A stretch of 42,664 bases of DNA. It comes from an archaeon (GTDB lineage: Archaea; Iainarchaeota; Iainarchaeia; Iainarchaeales; JAAZKV01). The notes beneath the pieces were generated by a model. That model ran no database searches. It had not been told where the DNA came from and worked only from the letters and a program-made list of their open reading frames with translations. The position numbers and the translations under genes were made by a program. Shown here one piece after another: positions 7,984 to 16,846 of this stretch (position 1 is its first letter; each line of letters opens with the position of its first letter). The DNA lies in NCBI GenBank assembly GCA_037141515.1, contig JBAXCL010000001.1:1-42664 (forward strand), read 5' to 3'.

Positions 7984-9897
7984 ATGGGACAGTTATTCAC
8001 ACAAAAATATCCAAATAATATCCGCACCGTATCGGGGTTGATAAATATTGTTAAGCAAGACGACGTTGTTTTGCTTTGTGATACTTCTCTAGGTGCGGTA
8101 GTAATCGAATTGCTATCTATTCCCGAAAATTATTGGAGTACTCAATACAAATTATATATTATTGACAAAAGCAATAATGCTAGTGCTCACAGTATAACGG
8201 TTGTTGCACCTCTAGGATTTAAAATAAACGCAAGTTCTACGGCAGTAATAAGCACTAACGGTGGTAGTTTATATCTTTCTGTTTGTAGTAATACTGACTA
8301 TATAGGAGTTGCGGGAGGAAGCGGTGGTGGAGTAGGCACATACAACACCGTTCAAGACGAGGGAATTTCCTTACCTAGTCGTACAACTATGAACTTTGTC
8401 GGAAAGGGTGTTACCGCAACTGACGACGGAACAAAAACAGTAGTCACCGTAAATGGTGGTATTATTGCTTTGACTAATGCAAGTATGATTGCTTTGGTTG
8501 TAGCGGGTACTGTTATTGAAGGGCAATTATATCAGATTACAGACCCTTTGAACGCTGACGGTGGCGTTATCGTTCAAGGTATTGCAAATAACGGAATAAC
8601 AACAACTGCGGGTAGTGGTATATTTTTAAACGCAGACTATCAAGGCACGGGCGATTATTCGGGAGTTAGTGGTTATACGGGTTTTTTAGGTATATGGTCG
8701 GTGAATGTTTTACCTGTTGTTGTTGGAAAGGTAGTTATTTGGTATAACAGACATTATAAGAACTTAACAGGCGTTTGGGGTACTGACCCTACTTTAGACA
8801 CAACAAATTGGCAACTTTTACCAAAAACAATAACAAACGGCTACAAGCGTGTTTTTGATTTTGTGAGATATGATTTGTATTCAAATAAAGTAGTTTATAG
8901 AGCAGACGCAAATGGAAACGAGGTAGATTTTTTTGAAGGGGCAAAAGGCACAAGTGCTTTAAGGGATTTCCAATGGGGAAGAAGTGTGGTAATGTTTAAC
9001 AAGGTTTTAGGTGGTGGTTTAATGGTCGCAACTAACAGTTCTTGTTCTTATTTTTGGAATGTAGTCACTAGCGGTGGGGAAATTAAAGATACAACTCCTA
9101 CACCACCTCCCGCTCCTGTCCCGCATTTTGGGTTAATAAGTAACAATTCAGTAACCTCAAGTGGTCAGATTTTAATGATTTCTTGTTATGGAACTGTTCA
9201 AGGTAACAATGTCGCTTCGGGAGGTACAATTAATTTAAAGTGCAACATAGATTTTAATAGCGGTATTTATAATAATAATTGTTTTAGTAATTCTAAATTT
9301 GAGTTTAACGGAACTGTTATTAATACTACTATCGCAAGTTGTACGACAACGCAAGGTGGTCTATTTGGTTTTACTAACCCGCTTACGAATACTATAATCG
9401 GTACAACCGAAGTTTCAAATAATAGTATTTTGAACGCAACTATCAGTACGTTTAATATGGAACAATGCGAAGTGAATGACGAAGGTTTAATTAATTTAAC
9501 TTCGGGTAGCGTATTTCTTCGCAAAAAATATAGGACAGGTTATAGTAATTGGGAACAGGTTTTAGACTTAACTAACCCTAGTATATTTTCAGCAAATACA
9601 CTTACGATACCTACGGCATACGCTTACGTTGGAATATTCACAACTAGCGGTAGTGGATTAACTATAAATAAAATATTGAATATGCCTAGTAGTCATAAAT
9701 GCAAGTTCTTACCTAAGCCAACTGAAAACACAAGTTTCACACACACTTTGGTTGCTAGTGCAGTATCGGGAAATTTGCTTTGTGACGTACCTTCTAGTAC
9801 GAATTTAATTACAGGAAGACTTAATGGCTCTGATTTTATAGAATATGAGTTAAGTGGAGATTTGAATGTAAGAACAAATTTAGTTTTACTAGCGTAA
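7984..9897 (+). CDS. fibre/spike-like protein with N-terminal 'CDT' adaptor domain
   Basis: 637 aa. VLLCDTSLGAVVIELLSIP...KLYII matches 5 other ORFs. One copy of the VQDEG..RTTMNFVG.GV repeat (8341-8460). GGSGGGVG and TPTPPPAPVP linkers. Asn/Ser/Thr/Gly-rich C-terminal part typical of beta-helical fibres. Confidence 0.82.
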   Translation: MGQLFTQKYPNNIRTVSGLINIVKQDDVVLLCDTSLGAVVIELLSIPENYWSTQYKLYIIDKSNNASAHSITVVAPLGFKINASSTAVISTNGGSLYLSVCSNTDYIGVAGGSGGGVGTYNTVQDEGISLPSRTTMNFVGKGVTATDDGTKTVVTVNGGIIALTNASMIALVVAGTVIEGQLYQITDPLNADGGVIVQGIANNGITTTAGSGIFLNADYQGTGDYSGVSGYTGFLGIWSVNVLPVVVGKVVIWYNRHYKNLTGVWGTDPTLDTTNWQLLPKTITNGYKRVFDFVRYDLYSNKVVYRADANGNEVDFFEGAKGTSALRDFQWGRSVVMFNKVLGGGLMVATNSSCSYFWNVVTSGGEIKDTTPTPPPAPVPHFGLISNNSVTSSGQILMISCYGTVQGNNVASGGTINLKCNIDFNSGIYNNNCFSNSKFEFNGTVINTTIASCTTTQGGLFGFTNPLTNTIIGTTEVSNNSILNATISTFNMEQCEVNDEGLINLTSGSVFLRKKYRTGYSNWEQVLDLTNPSIFSANTLTIPTAYAYVGIFTTSGSGLTINKILNMPSSHKCKFLPKPTENTSFTHTLVASAVSGNLLCDVPSSTNLITGRLNGSDFIEYELSGDLNVRTNLVLLA

Positions 9898-9919
9898 TGA
9901 TAACATTTATAAAAGAAAA

Positions 9920-10342
9920 ATGGGATTAATGACAGGAAAAGCAGACGTTATTAGTGGTATGCCACAGTATAACAGTCAAGCGGAAAATTGGATACAATGG
10001 CATCAAGATTTGAAGTCCAATTTCGGTAAAAAAATAGCGAATGGCTTATGGTTAAAGGCTTGGAGAATAAGAGGAAATTCAACTGCAAACACAAGCGATT
10101 TGCGTAAATATATGACTAAACAAGGTGTTAAGATTGCCGAAAGCACTTGGGATAGTATTGTTGACGTTGGTGTTGATATTACAGACGGCGTTGGAACTAT
10201 ATTTCAAGCGACAAAATATGTAGGTATCGCACTAGGCGTTATCGTTGTTGGCGGTCTTGCTATGGTTGTTTATAACTTAGCAAAAGACCCCGCTAAAAAT
10301 ATTGGCGTTGGGGCAAGAGCATTTGTAACTAAAGGAATGTAA
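9920..10342 (+). CDS. hypothetical protein with C-terminal membrane helix
   Basis: 140-aa track ORF. YVGIALGVIVVGGLAMVVYNL near the C-terminus. Confidence 0.7.
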   Translation: MGLMTGKADVISGMPQYNSQAENWIQWHQDLKSNFGKKIANGLWLKAWRIRGNSTANTSDLRKYMTKQGVKIAESTWDSIVDVGVDITDGVGTIFQATKYVGIALGVIVVGGLAMVVYNLAKDPAKNIGVGARAFVTKGM

Positions 10343-10351
10343 AAAACGAAA

Positions 10352-10840
10352 ATGAAAAAATTAACTAAACCACAGATATACGCAATAGTAGGAGGAGTAA
10401 TGGCTTTGTCCGTTATTACTTTTGTAATTATTCGTAGAAGAAAAAATAAGAAATTAATCAAAGATATTAATGATATTTTGGACGCAAAGGTGAAAGACCC
10501 TAACGCACCGCAAGGACAAATAATACTTTCTAATGAGGAGTTAAAAAAACTTCCCGTAGGAAACTTCCCCTTAAAGGTTGGAGATAAAAACCAAAAAGTT
10601 GGTGCATTACAAACAATCCTTAACAAAAATTACGGCACTAAAATAAGTGTTGACGGAAAGTTTGGAGTGGAGTTGTATAAGATACTTTGCGACAAATATT
10701 TCAACTATGGTTGTAGTGTTTTAGGAGTTGCTAATATGTACAAAAGAACAATAACTTCATCAGACTTTGACGAAATGTCAAAACACACAAACTTTGACGG
10801 TAGTGGTTTTGACGGAGAAAAAATAGGTATGAGTTTTTAG
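10352..10840 (+). CDS. membrane-anchored peptidoglycan-binding-domain protein
   Basis: N-terminal anchor IYAIVGGVMALSVITFVII. LKVGDKNQKVGALQTILNKNYGTKISVDGKFGVELYKIL matches the PG_binding_1 consensus. Confidence 0.75.
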   Translation: MKKLTKPQIYAIVGGVMALSVITFVIIRRRKNKKLIKDINDILDAKVKDPNAPQGQIILSNEELKKLPVGNFPLKVGDKNQKVGALQTILNKNYGTKISVDGKFGVELYKILCDKYFNYGCSVLGVANMYKRTITSSDFDEMSKHTNFDGSGFDGEKIGMSF

Positions 10841-11104
10841 AAAAAAAGTAATTGTACGTTTTAGTACATTCGTATAGTAAATTAGTAGAATAAAATAAAC
10901 CTATTAAAATTAGTTGTTTTAGGTTTTAAAACAGAATTTTTTAGGACAGTAAAAAGTCGTACAGGCACTATAAACAAAGGGAAATTGTTATTTATTCATA
11001 ACAAATAAAAACAATTTATACACAAATTATAAGTATTTTTAAGCGATTTTTTATTACAAAATTTTAACAAAGAAAATAAATATAAACAATTAAAAACAAA
11101 AAAA
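10841..11104 (+). promoter_or_regulatory. 264-nt AT-rich non-coding gap upstream of the three CDT-domain paralogues
   Basis: Largest plus-strand gap in the window. No ORF in any frame. Contains TTTTAG(G) x3. No TTTG-type Bacteroidetes box seen, so the promoter class is unknown. Confidence 0.35.
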
Positions 11105-11506
11105 ATGATAAACAAAACTCTAAAAGGCGTTGTAAGACTTACAGGCGGAGAAGATTACAACTTTACGTTACCCGATAATCCTTCGGGAATACAAAATGCA
11201 CTTGCAAATATTGTACTTGAAGAAGTATTTATAGAGTGTGACACTACGCTAGGAAGTATTGGGATTTATTTACCTCAAATAGCCTTATTTAACGGCGGTT
11301 GGATACCTAAAATTTTCGTAACTTCGGTAATAGCAACAACAAACGAAATATCCATTCTTCCATATCAAGGTAGTGTAAGACCTCCTTTGGTTGCACCCGA
11401 CACAATTAACTCTCTTACAGAAATTCTTGTATTAGGTACAAGCACGGCGTATTTACACATTGTCGGTAAGAAAAATTGGGGTGCTTGGTTAACAGTAATT
11501 GAATAA
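11105..11506 (+). CDS. stand-alone 'CDT' adaptor-domain protein, paralogue 1 of 3
   Basis: 133 aa. NALANIVLEEVFIECDTTLGSIGIYLPQIALFNGGWIPKIFV aligns with ORFs 11537, 11966, 7984, 20297, 23223. Confidence 0.82.
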   Translation: MINKTLKGVVRLTGGEDYNFTLPDNPSGIQNALANIVLEEVFIECDTTLGSIGIYLPQIALFNGGWIPKIFVTSVIATTNEISILPYQGSVRPPLVAPDTINSLTEILVLGTSTAYLHIVGKKNWGAWLTVIE

Positions 11507-11536
11507 AATAATAATAAATTTAAAAAAATAAAAACA

Positions 11537-11938
11537 ATGACTATAATAAACAGAACAATAGAAGGTGCAATTACATTACTTGGCGGACAGACCTATCAAT
11601 TAAATCTTCCTAGCAATTCAGCACCAAAACAAAACGCTTTAGCGGAGTATAATTTAGAAGAAGTTTTCGTTAACTGTGATACTCAACTTGGAATAGCAAA
11701 TGTTTACTTGCCTAGTGTAGCAACATTCGGCGGTGATAGAAGCGTGAAAATTTATATTAAGTGTACGGGAACAAACAAGGTTACGGTTATTCCTTTTGTA
11801 AACGCATTAGCAGTTCCTCCAATTCAAGATACTATCAATGGTAGTGCGGGTGGTTGGACTTTATCAAACGGTCAAACAGGATATTTCCAAATCGTATCTA
11901 ACGGTAATTGGGCGTTATTCTTAACAGGTGGATTATAA
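11537..11938 (+). CDS. stand-alone 'CDT' adaptor-domain protein, paralogue 2 of 3
   Basis: 133 aa. NALAEYNLEEVFVNCDTQLGIANVYLPSVATFGGDRSVKIYI. Collinear with neighbours over full length. Confidence 0.82.
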   Translation: MTIINRTIEGAITLLGGQTYQLNLPSNSAPKQNALAEYNLEEVFVNCDTQLGIANVYLPSVATFGGDRSVKIYIKCTGTNKVTVIPFVNALAVPPIQDTINGSAGGWTLSNGQTGYFQIVSNGNWALFLTGGL

Positions 11939-11965
11939 AAAATTAACAATTTAAAATAAAAAAAA

Positions 11966-12361
11966 ATGGCAATTACTATTAACAAAGTATTACAAGGGGC
12001 GAGTACCCAAGTTTTATCGGCAGTATATATTTACTCCCTACCGAACTCAATTGCACCAACGCAAAATGCAATTGCAAATTACAACGAAGAAGAAATCTTC
12101 ATTAATTGCGACACAACAACAGGTATTCAAACTTTGAGATTACCTTTAATATCTCTTTTCGGAGGTGGTTGGTGTCCTAAAATTTACATTAGCAATATCG
12201 GTGGCGGTACTGTTGACGTTCAAGTTACTTCTAGTGAAGACGAAAACAACGACATTAACGGGTTAAACACAATCACTATCGCTAGTGCACAGACAGGTTA
12301 TTTCCATATCGTAACAAAACAAAATTACGCTTGTTGGTTAACTCCCTCCATAATTCCATAA
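11966..12361 (+). CDS. stand-alone 'CDT' adaptor-domain protein, paralogue 3 of 3
   Basis: 131 aa. NAIANYNEEEIFINCDTTTGIQTLRLPLISLFGGGWCPKIYI. Confidence 0.82.
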   Translation: MAITINKVLQGASTQVLSAVYIYSLPNSIAPTQNAIANYNEEEIFINCDTTTGIQTLRLPLISLFGGGWCPKIYISNIGGGTVDVQVTSSEDENNDINGLNTITIASAQTGYFHIVTKQNYACWLTPSIIP

Positions 12362-12401
12362 AAACAAACAAACAATTATTAACAATCTAAAAAATAAAAA
12401 A

Positions 12402-12626
12402 ATGGCTATTACATTAAAAGACACAACGTCAAAAGTAAAATCAAACTTAGTTGGTGCAATTATCGGTGCGGGTGCGGGTTTCCTTATCGCTAAAAAAGTG
12501 GTTAAAACTGAAAAAACTTGGTTGCTTATCGCTATCTCCGTAGTTGGAGGTGTTGGTGGTGCTATGGTACAATCGAATATGAAAGCAAAGGCTAGTCAGC
12601 CTACCGCAGAAACAGTTAAAAAATAA
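12402..12626 (+). CDS. 74-aa two-helix membrane protein
   Basis: LVGAIIGAGAGFLIA and WLLIAISVVGGVGGAMV Gly-rich hydrophobic segments. Leader aaaataaaaaaATGGC. Confidence 0.65.
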   Translation: MAITLKDTTSKVKSNLVGAIIGAGAGFLIAKKVVKTEKTWLLIAISVVGGVGGAMVQSNMKAKASQPTAETVKK

Positions 12627-12631
12627 TTACA

Positions 12632-13354
12632 ATGACAAAAGGAAAAGGCAGACGTGTTACAACAAACACCTCTACCTCTAAAGGCAAAAAGGCACTTATT
12701 GTGATTTTAAGTCTTTTAGCGGTTGGTGGCGTTGTAGGTTATATCCTTTGGAAGCGTAAAAAAGACAAAGACGCAGAAGCCAATACAGGTGGCGACACGG
12801 GTGGAAGCACAGGCGACACAGGTACGGGTGGAAGTAGTACAGGTGGTAGTACAGGAAGCACGGGCGGTGGCACAGGCGGAAGTACGAGTGGTAGCGGAAG
12901 TAGTTATACATTTCCTTTTACCTCTACGACTGACGGTAACGCTTTTAGAAAATGGGTGAATGACACTTACCCCTCTTACGCTAAAAGCATAAATCTTGAC
13001 AGAACGGGCGGTCTTAACTCATATTTGCAAAAGGCTTGGGATAAGTACGGAAGCGAATACCAAAAGAAAGGTACTGCAACCGTAACTGTAACAGGAACTC
13101 CATTAGACCAACTTGAAAAAAATCTTGGTCAAGGTGCTCTTCCTGTTGAAAGATATACAGACCACGTTACCGTTAGAACAACTGACGGTTATAGTGCATA
13201 TTTTTATAGTAGCGGTTTTTATTCAGTAGGAAAAGGCACTTCTTCAAAAAAAGGAAATTGGTCTGACGGCGGAAGAAAAATTGTTATGGCTAATGGGCGT
13301 GTTATTTCTTCGGGAAGTGTTTGGAGTAATATTCGTACAAGCATAACCGCTTAA
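12632..13354 (+). CDS. N-terminally anchored protein with Gly/Ser/Thr low-complexity linker
   Basis: 240 aa. Anchor ALIVILSLLAVGGVVGYILW. Linker TGGDTGGSTGDTGTGGSSTGGSTGSTGGGTGGSTSGSGSS. Globular ~145-aa C-terminal part. Confidence 0.75.
   Translation: MTKGKGRRVTTNTSTSKGKKALIVILSLLAVGGVVGYILWKRKKDKDAEANTGGDTGGSTGDTGTGGSSTGGSTGSTGGGTGGSTSGSGSSYTFPFTSTTDGNAFRKWVNDTYPSYAKSINLDRTGGLNSYLQKAWDKYGSEYQKKGTATVTVTGTPLDQLEKNLGQGALPVERYTDHVTVRTTDGYSAYFYSSGFYSVGKGTSSKKGNWSDGGRKIVMANGRVISSGSVWSNIRTSITA
12785..12904 (+). repeat. coding low-complexity (GGN-AGY/ACN) Gly-Ser-Thr tract
   Basis: Read directly. It generates the spurious antisense ORF 12696..12911. Confidence 0.8.
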
Positions 13355-13356
13355 AA

Positions 13357-14040
13357 ATGTCTTATTTTGAAACGCTAACAAAAGAGCAGAAAGACAATAT
13401 CTTCTTCATAGTTGGAAGAATGAAGCATAAGGGTATTGTCAATCCTTTAACTCAATCGGCAATTTTGTCGGTAGTTTCAAAGGAAAGTTCTTTTGTGCCG
13501 AAATCTGAAAGCGGATATTCCAAAACTTCCAATGCTCGTATCCGTCAGATTTTCGGTACTAGAGTGTCAAAGTACGACGAACAGAGTTTAACCAAACTAA
13601 AAAGTAGCGACGAAGCGTTTTTTAACGCCGTTTATGGACTAGGAAAGTTTGGTCAGACCGAAAAAGAGGGTTACTTGTACAGGGGCAGAGGACTAAACCA
13701 AGTAACCTTCAAAAGTGCCTATAAAAAGTTGGGTGAACAAATAGGCGTTGATTTGCTAAACCACCCCGATAAATTGAATGAGTTGCCCGTAGCAACGGAC
13801 TGTCTTATTCAGTTTTTTATTAACGCTTTTAAACAAGCACCAAAGGATAAATTAGCCTTGTATAACGTAACCGAAATAAACGGTTTCATAAACTTGACTG
13901 ATAGTGTTGGTGCGGTTTATCACGCTAATTCGGGGTGGGGACATACCAAAGCAAGTATTGACGCAGACCCAACGGGAGGTAAGAAAAAGGCAGACGAAAG
14001 AGCAGACGGATTTATTGAAATGGTTAAAACCGTAGTTTAA
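13357..14040 (+). CDS. GH19-like (chitinase-fold) peptidoglycan hydrolase
   Basis: VVSKESSF (catalytic-Glu context) and GYLYRGRGLNQVTFKSAYKKLGEQIGVDLLNHPDKLNE match the GH19 [FY]-x-GRG-x-[IL]-Q-[LV]-T...NP signature seen in phage endolysins. Confidence 0.75.
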   Translation: MSYFETLTKEQKDNIFFIVGRMKHKGIVNPLTQSAILSVVSKESSFVPKSESGYSKTSNARIRQIFGTRVSKYDEQSLTKLKSSDEAFFNAVYGLGKFGQTEKEGYLYRGRGLNQVTFKSAYKKLGEQIGVDLLNHPDKLNELPVATDCLIQFFINAFKQAPKDKLALYNVTEINGFINLTDSVGAVYHANSGWGHTKASIDADPTGGKKKADERADGFIEMVKTVV

Positions 14041-14756
14041 TGGCAGACAAGAGCAAATTCAATGATATGACACAGGTTGTCATAGACAAACTAGAAGGAG
14101 GATATTATAATCCTCAATGGCACAGTACAGGTGACAGTCGTTACAGTACGAGTGGCGAAACTATGTTTGGCATTGATAGAAAACGAGGTGGCTCAATAAA
14201 CGACATAACTGCGGGTAGAGAATTTTGGGGCATTATTGATAAAAACAAAACACCCGAAGTTTGGAAATGGAATTACAAAGGAGGTAGTTTAGCACCTACA
14301 TTAAAACCCCTTGTTTCCGATATGTTATACCCTCAATACGAAAGCCTTTCAACCAAATATCTTTCCCAAAAAGCAAAACAAATAGTAGATAACGACAATA
14401 GATTGTTATTTAATTTTATTTATGCCACTTGGAACGGTGCGGGTTGGTTTAAGAAGTTTGCTACGGATATGAACAAAGCAGTAGATAGCGGAGTGACTAA
14501 CACGGACGAATTGGTTAAGGTCGCTATTAAATCAAGAACAGAAGAAGGTTTAGAAACGGGAAGTCAGCCTAATTCACTTATTGCTCAAGGAGGTAACAAG
14601 ATTGCTAAATTTATTGACAGTTTAGGCGGATACGTTAGTTCGGGAACGAAAGAAGCATACAAAAAAGTAAAACAAAACCCAATAACAACGGCACTTATTA
14701 CAATAGTAGTTATTGTTGCGGGGTATTCACTATATAAAGTTTTAATAAAAAAATAG
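14040..14756 (+). CDS. GH108-like lysozyme-fold protein with C-terminal membrane helix (tentative)
   Basis: VIDKLEGGYYNP....SGETMFGIDRK resembles the GH108 N-terminal EGGY...GG.T..GI motif with an insertion. C-terminal ITTALITIVVIVAGYSLYKVL. ATG overlaps previous stop (TAATG). Confidence 0.6.
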   Translation: MADKSKFNDMTQVVIDKLEGGYYNPQWHSTGDSRYSTSGETMFGIDRKRGGSINDITAGREFWGIIDKNKTPEVWKWNYKGGSLAPTLKPLVSDMLYPQYESLSTKYLSQKAKQIVDNDNRLLFNFIYATWNGAGWFKKFATDMNKAVDSGVTNTDELVKVAIKSRTEEGLETGSQPNSLIAQGGNKIAKFIDSLGGYVSSGTKEAYKKVKQNPITTALITIVVIVAGYSLYKVLIKK

Positions 14757-14759
14757 AAA

Positions 14760-15287
14760 ATGGCAATTACAAGAAAACATTACGGAATAGACGGTGACGT
14801 ACAAAACTTTGTAGCGGTTACTTCAATGGAAAGAATTGGCGGTGGCTTCAACGAAGACGCAGAAAACGAGTACTATGACGCAGAAGGCGACAAGGACGAT
14901 TATTATGACGGAGAATACTCAAATGCGGGTGGACTTATGGGCAAAATGTTCGGTAGTGGCTATGAAAAAAGACGTAACGCCCGTGAGAAAAGAAAACTTT
15001 TGCGTGAAAAATCAAAAGGTGAAGAAAGAAAAACCAAAGCGGGTGCTAAATTAGAAACCGCAAAATCCAAAACGGCACAAGCACAGGCAACTGAAAAAAG
15101 CGTAGCGGGTGATATTGCTATGGCAGACGCATTAAAAAGTTCCGCACCGACAACTACTCCCGAAGAAGAGAAAAAAGGTATGTCTATGGGACTTAAAATT
15201 GGTATTGGAGTGGGTGTGGTAGTAGTGCTAGGGGTTGTAGGTTTTATAATTTACAAGTCAATGAAGGGTAAAAAAGCGGGTAAATAA
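14760..15287 (+). CDS. GMSK-type tail-anchored protein with Y-x-A-[DE]-G acidic motif and Lys/Arg-rich helix
   Basis: NEYYDAEGDKDDYYDGEYSNAGG; KRRNAREKRKLLREKSKGEERK. Ends GMSMGLKIGIGVGVVVVLGVVGFIIYKSMKGKKAGK. Confidence 0.78.
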   Translation: MAITRKHYGIDGDVQNFVAVTSMERIGGGFNEDAENEYYDAEGDKDDYYDGEYSNAGGLMGKMFGSGYEKRRNAREKRKLLREKSKGEERKTKAGAKLETAKSKTAQAQATEKSVAGDIAMADALKSSAPTTTPEEEKKGMSMGLKIGIGVGVVVVLGVVGFIIYKSMKGKKAGK

Positions 15288-15291
15288 AAAA

Positions 15292-15399
15292 ATGGCTTTA
15301 TCGAAAGAAGAAAAATGGGTTTTATACGGTTACGGGGCGTTAATAATTGCGTACTCCGTTCTTTTGTTTGCTAAATTTAAACACTACAAAAAAGATTAA
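15292..15399 (+). CDS. 35-aa single-pass membrane mini-protein
   Basis: Below track cutoff. aaaaaaATGGC leader. MALSKEEKWVLYGYGALIIAYSVLLFAKFKHYKKD. Its presence argues for the 15401 start of the next ORF. Confidence 0.45.
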   Translation: MALSKEEKWVLYGYGALIIAYSVLLFAKFKHYKKD

Positions 15400-15400
15400 T

Positions 15401-16846
15401 ATGAAACTAAATACGGAAAATGCAAAGTCGTTTAACGCTTCTTTAAAACAGGCATTTAAAGAGGGAGGAATGAATGGCGTAAAAGTCAGAATAATCAATT
15501 CTTACAAGTTCCCTAACTGTTGGGTAGAAGTATGGTTTCCCGATAGAACGGGAGAGTTTTCAAACGACTTTAGGTTACGAGTATTTGACGCAAGTGGGTT
15601 TAAGAGAGAAGGTCTTTTAAACGCAAGTGACGTTAGTTACGGCAATATTCAAAAGCACAGTATTTCGGCAAAAGTTTGGGAGTGGGAGAAAGTGTTTAAT
15701 AACGAAATGGCTAAAGGTGGAAGTCTTTTAGAGCAAAGAATTGAGTTGGCTAAAAAGAAATCAAAAGTCGCTAAAGGCGGAAGCGAAGTGTATTTAGTTT
15801 TGCAACATAAAACTGACCCCGAAGAAATATTTGTAATATCTCAATTTAACTACAATATTGACAAACATAATAATCAATGGAACGATTATAATATTGTTTT
15901 TAAAACTAACGAAATGGCTAATGGCGGTGGAGTTAAGGTTAAAACAATAAAAGAAGCCGATATTAAAGTAGGGGCAAAATTTGAACTTATTGACGGGCAG
16001 ATAATCGAAATAACAAGACTATTTACAGAAAATATTGACCAAGATTGGTGTGAATATATTAGAGGTGGCGAAACAAAAGAAAATAGCGTAAATGCGTTGA
16101 AAATTTTTATAAACAATTGGAGAGCAGAAAAAAAATACGGTGTTGGTGGTACATTTGACAGTAGCAGTACAGGTGAAGTTATTGGCGGAACACTAGGTAG
16201 TAGCGAAAGCGGTGAAACTATCGGTGGCACTATGGCTTCAAGTTACGCAAAAGGTGGTATGGTTGGTTATAATCCTCTGTATTTGTTATTTAACGAAGGA
16301 AATTCAGCTACTATTCGCTTGTTTTCAGAAGACCACAAAGGAAGCGGTTATTATACGGCAATAGGGGATTTGCGTTTTGGTAAATACCAACAAGATTTCA
16401 CTATGAGTAGTATTGATATGGCTATTAGTTCAGACCACAACGCACCTTTCAAATTGAAATTAATGGCAAAGGTGTCACAGTTTTTAAAAGACAAGGTTGG
16501 CTCTTATGCTTCGGTACAAGAAGTATTAGGAGTTATAGGTGGAGAAGAATTAATTGTAGCAGATATTGGCAGAAACCAAAAAACATTTTTACCTAAATCT
16601 TACATAGGGTATCACGTTTTTGAGGTTGTTCAGAAAAAGGACGGTCAAACTTATGCTAGTGTTTACGCACCAAACACTTTGAAAGCACAAAAAATGCTTG
16701 ACGAAAAAATGAAAACTCACGGAGGGTCGGGCAACTATGAACTTCATTCAACAGGAAATACCGTAAGTAACTCTAGGAGTGAGGTTAAATTCAAATTAGG
16801 CGGTAATACCGCAAGTAGTTATTCATACGAAATAGGAGGTTTGTAA
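15401..16846 (+). CDS. Y-x-I-G-G-L tail-tag family member C (481 aa)
   Basis: Internal ATG chosen over track start 15347, which overlaps mini-ORF 15292..15399. EMAKGGS, KVAKGGS, MANGGGV, SYAKGGM linkers. Ends KLGGNTASSYSYEIGGL-stop. Confidence 0.85.
   Translation: MKLNTENAKSFNASLKQAFKEGGMNGVKVRIINSYKFPNCWVEVWFPDRTGEFSNDFRLRVFDASGFKREGLLNASDVSYGNIQKHSISAKVWEWEKVFNNEMAKGGSLLEQRIELAKKKSKVAKGGSEVYLVLQHKTDPEEIFVISQFNYNIDKHNNQWNDYNIVFKTNEMANGGGVKVKTIKEADIKVGAKFELIDGQIIEITRLFTENIDQDWCEYIRGGETKENSVNALKIFINNWRAEKKYGVGGTFDSSSTGEVIGGTLGSSESGETIGGTMASSYAKGGMVGYNPLYLLFNEGNSATIRLFSEDHKGSGYYTAIGDLRFGKYQQDFTMSSIDMAISSDHNAPFKLKLMAKVSQFLKDKVGSYASVQEVLGVIGGEELIVADIGRNQKTFLPKSYIGYHVFEVVQKKDGQTYASVYAPNTLKAQKMLDEKMKTHGGSGNYELHSTGNTVSNSRSEVKFKLGGNTASSYSYEIGGL

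Noticed and set aside
11537-11938. ORF 11537 ending ...FLTGGL-stop, and ORF 28004 ending ...MNFGL-stop, as extra members of the YxIGGL tag family
   Set aside because: Both lack the Tyr-x-Ile and the upstream K-G-G element. The two paralogues of ORF 11537 end differently (LTVIE, PSIIP), so the GGL there is most likely coincidental.
12696-12911. 71-aa minus-strand ORF antisense to the Gly/Ser/Thr linker of ORF 12632
   Set aside because: It is a low-complexity shadow ORF (YHLYYFHPYLCRLCFHP) with no start context.
15347-15400. N-terminal extensions given by the track for ORFs 15347, 17990, 28891, 30368, 31537 and 36820(-)
   Set aside because: Each extension overlaps the preceding gene, a mini-ORF or a terminator loop. 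Each starts inside the previous gene's last codons. Internal ATGs with the usual A-rich leader (15401, 18014, 28960, 30404, 31600, 36793) fit the packing better.
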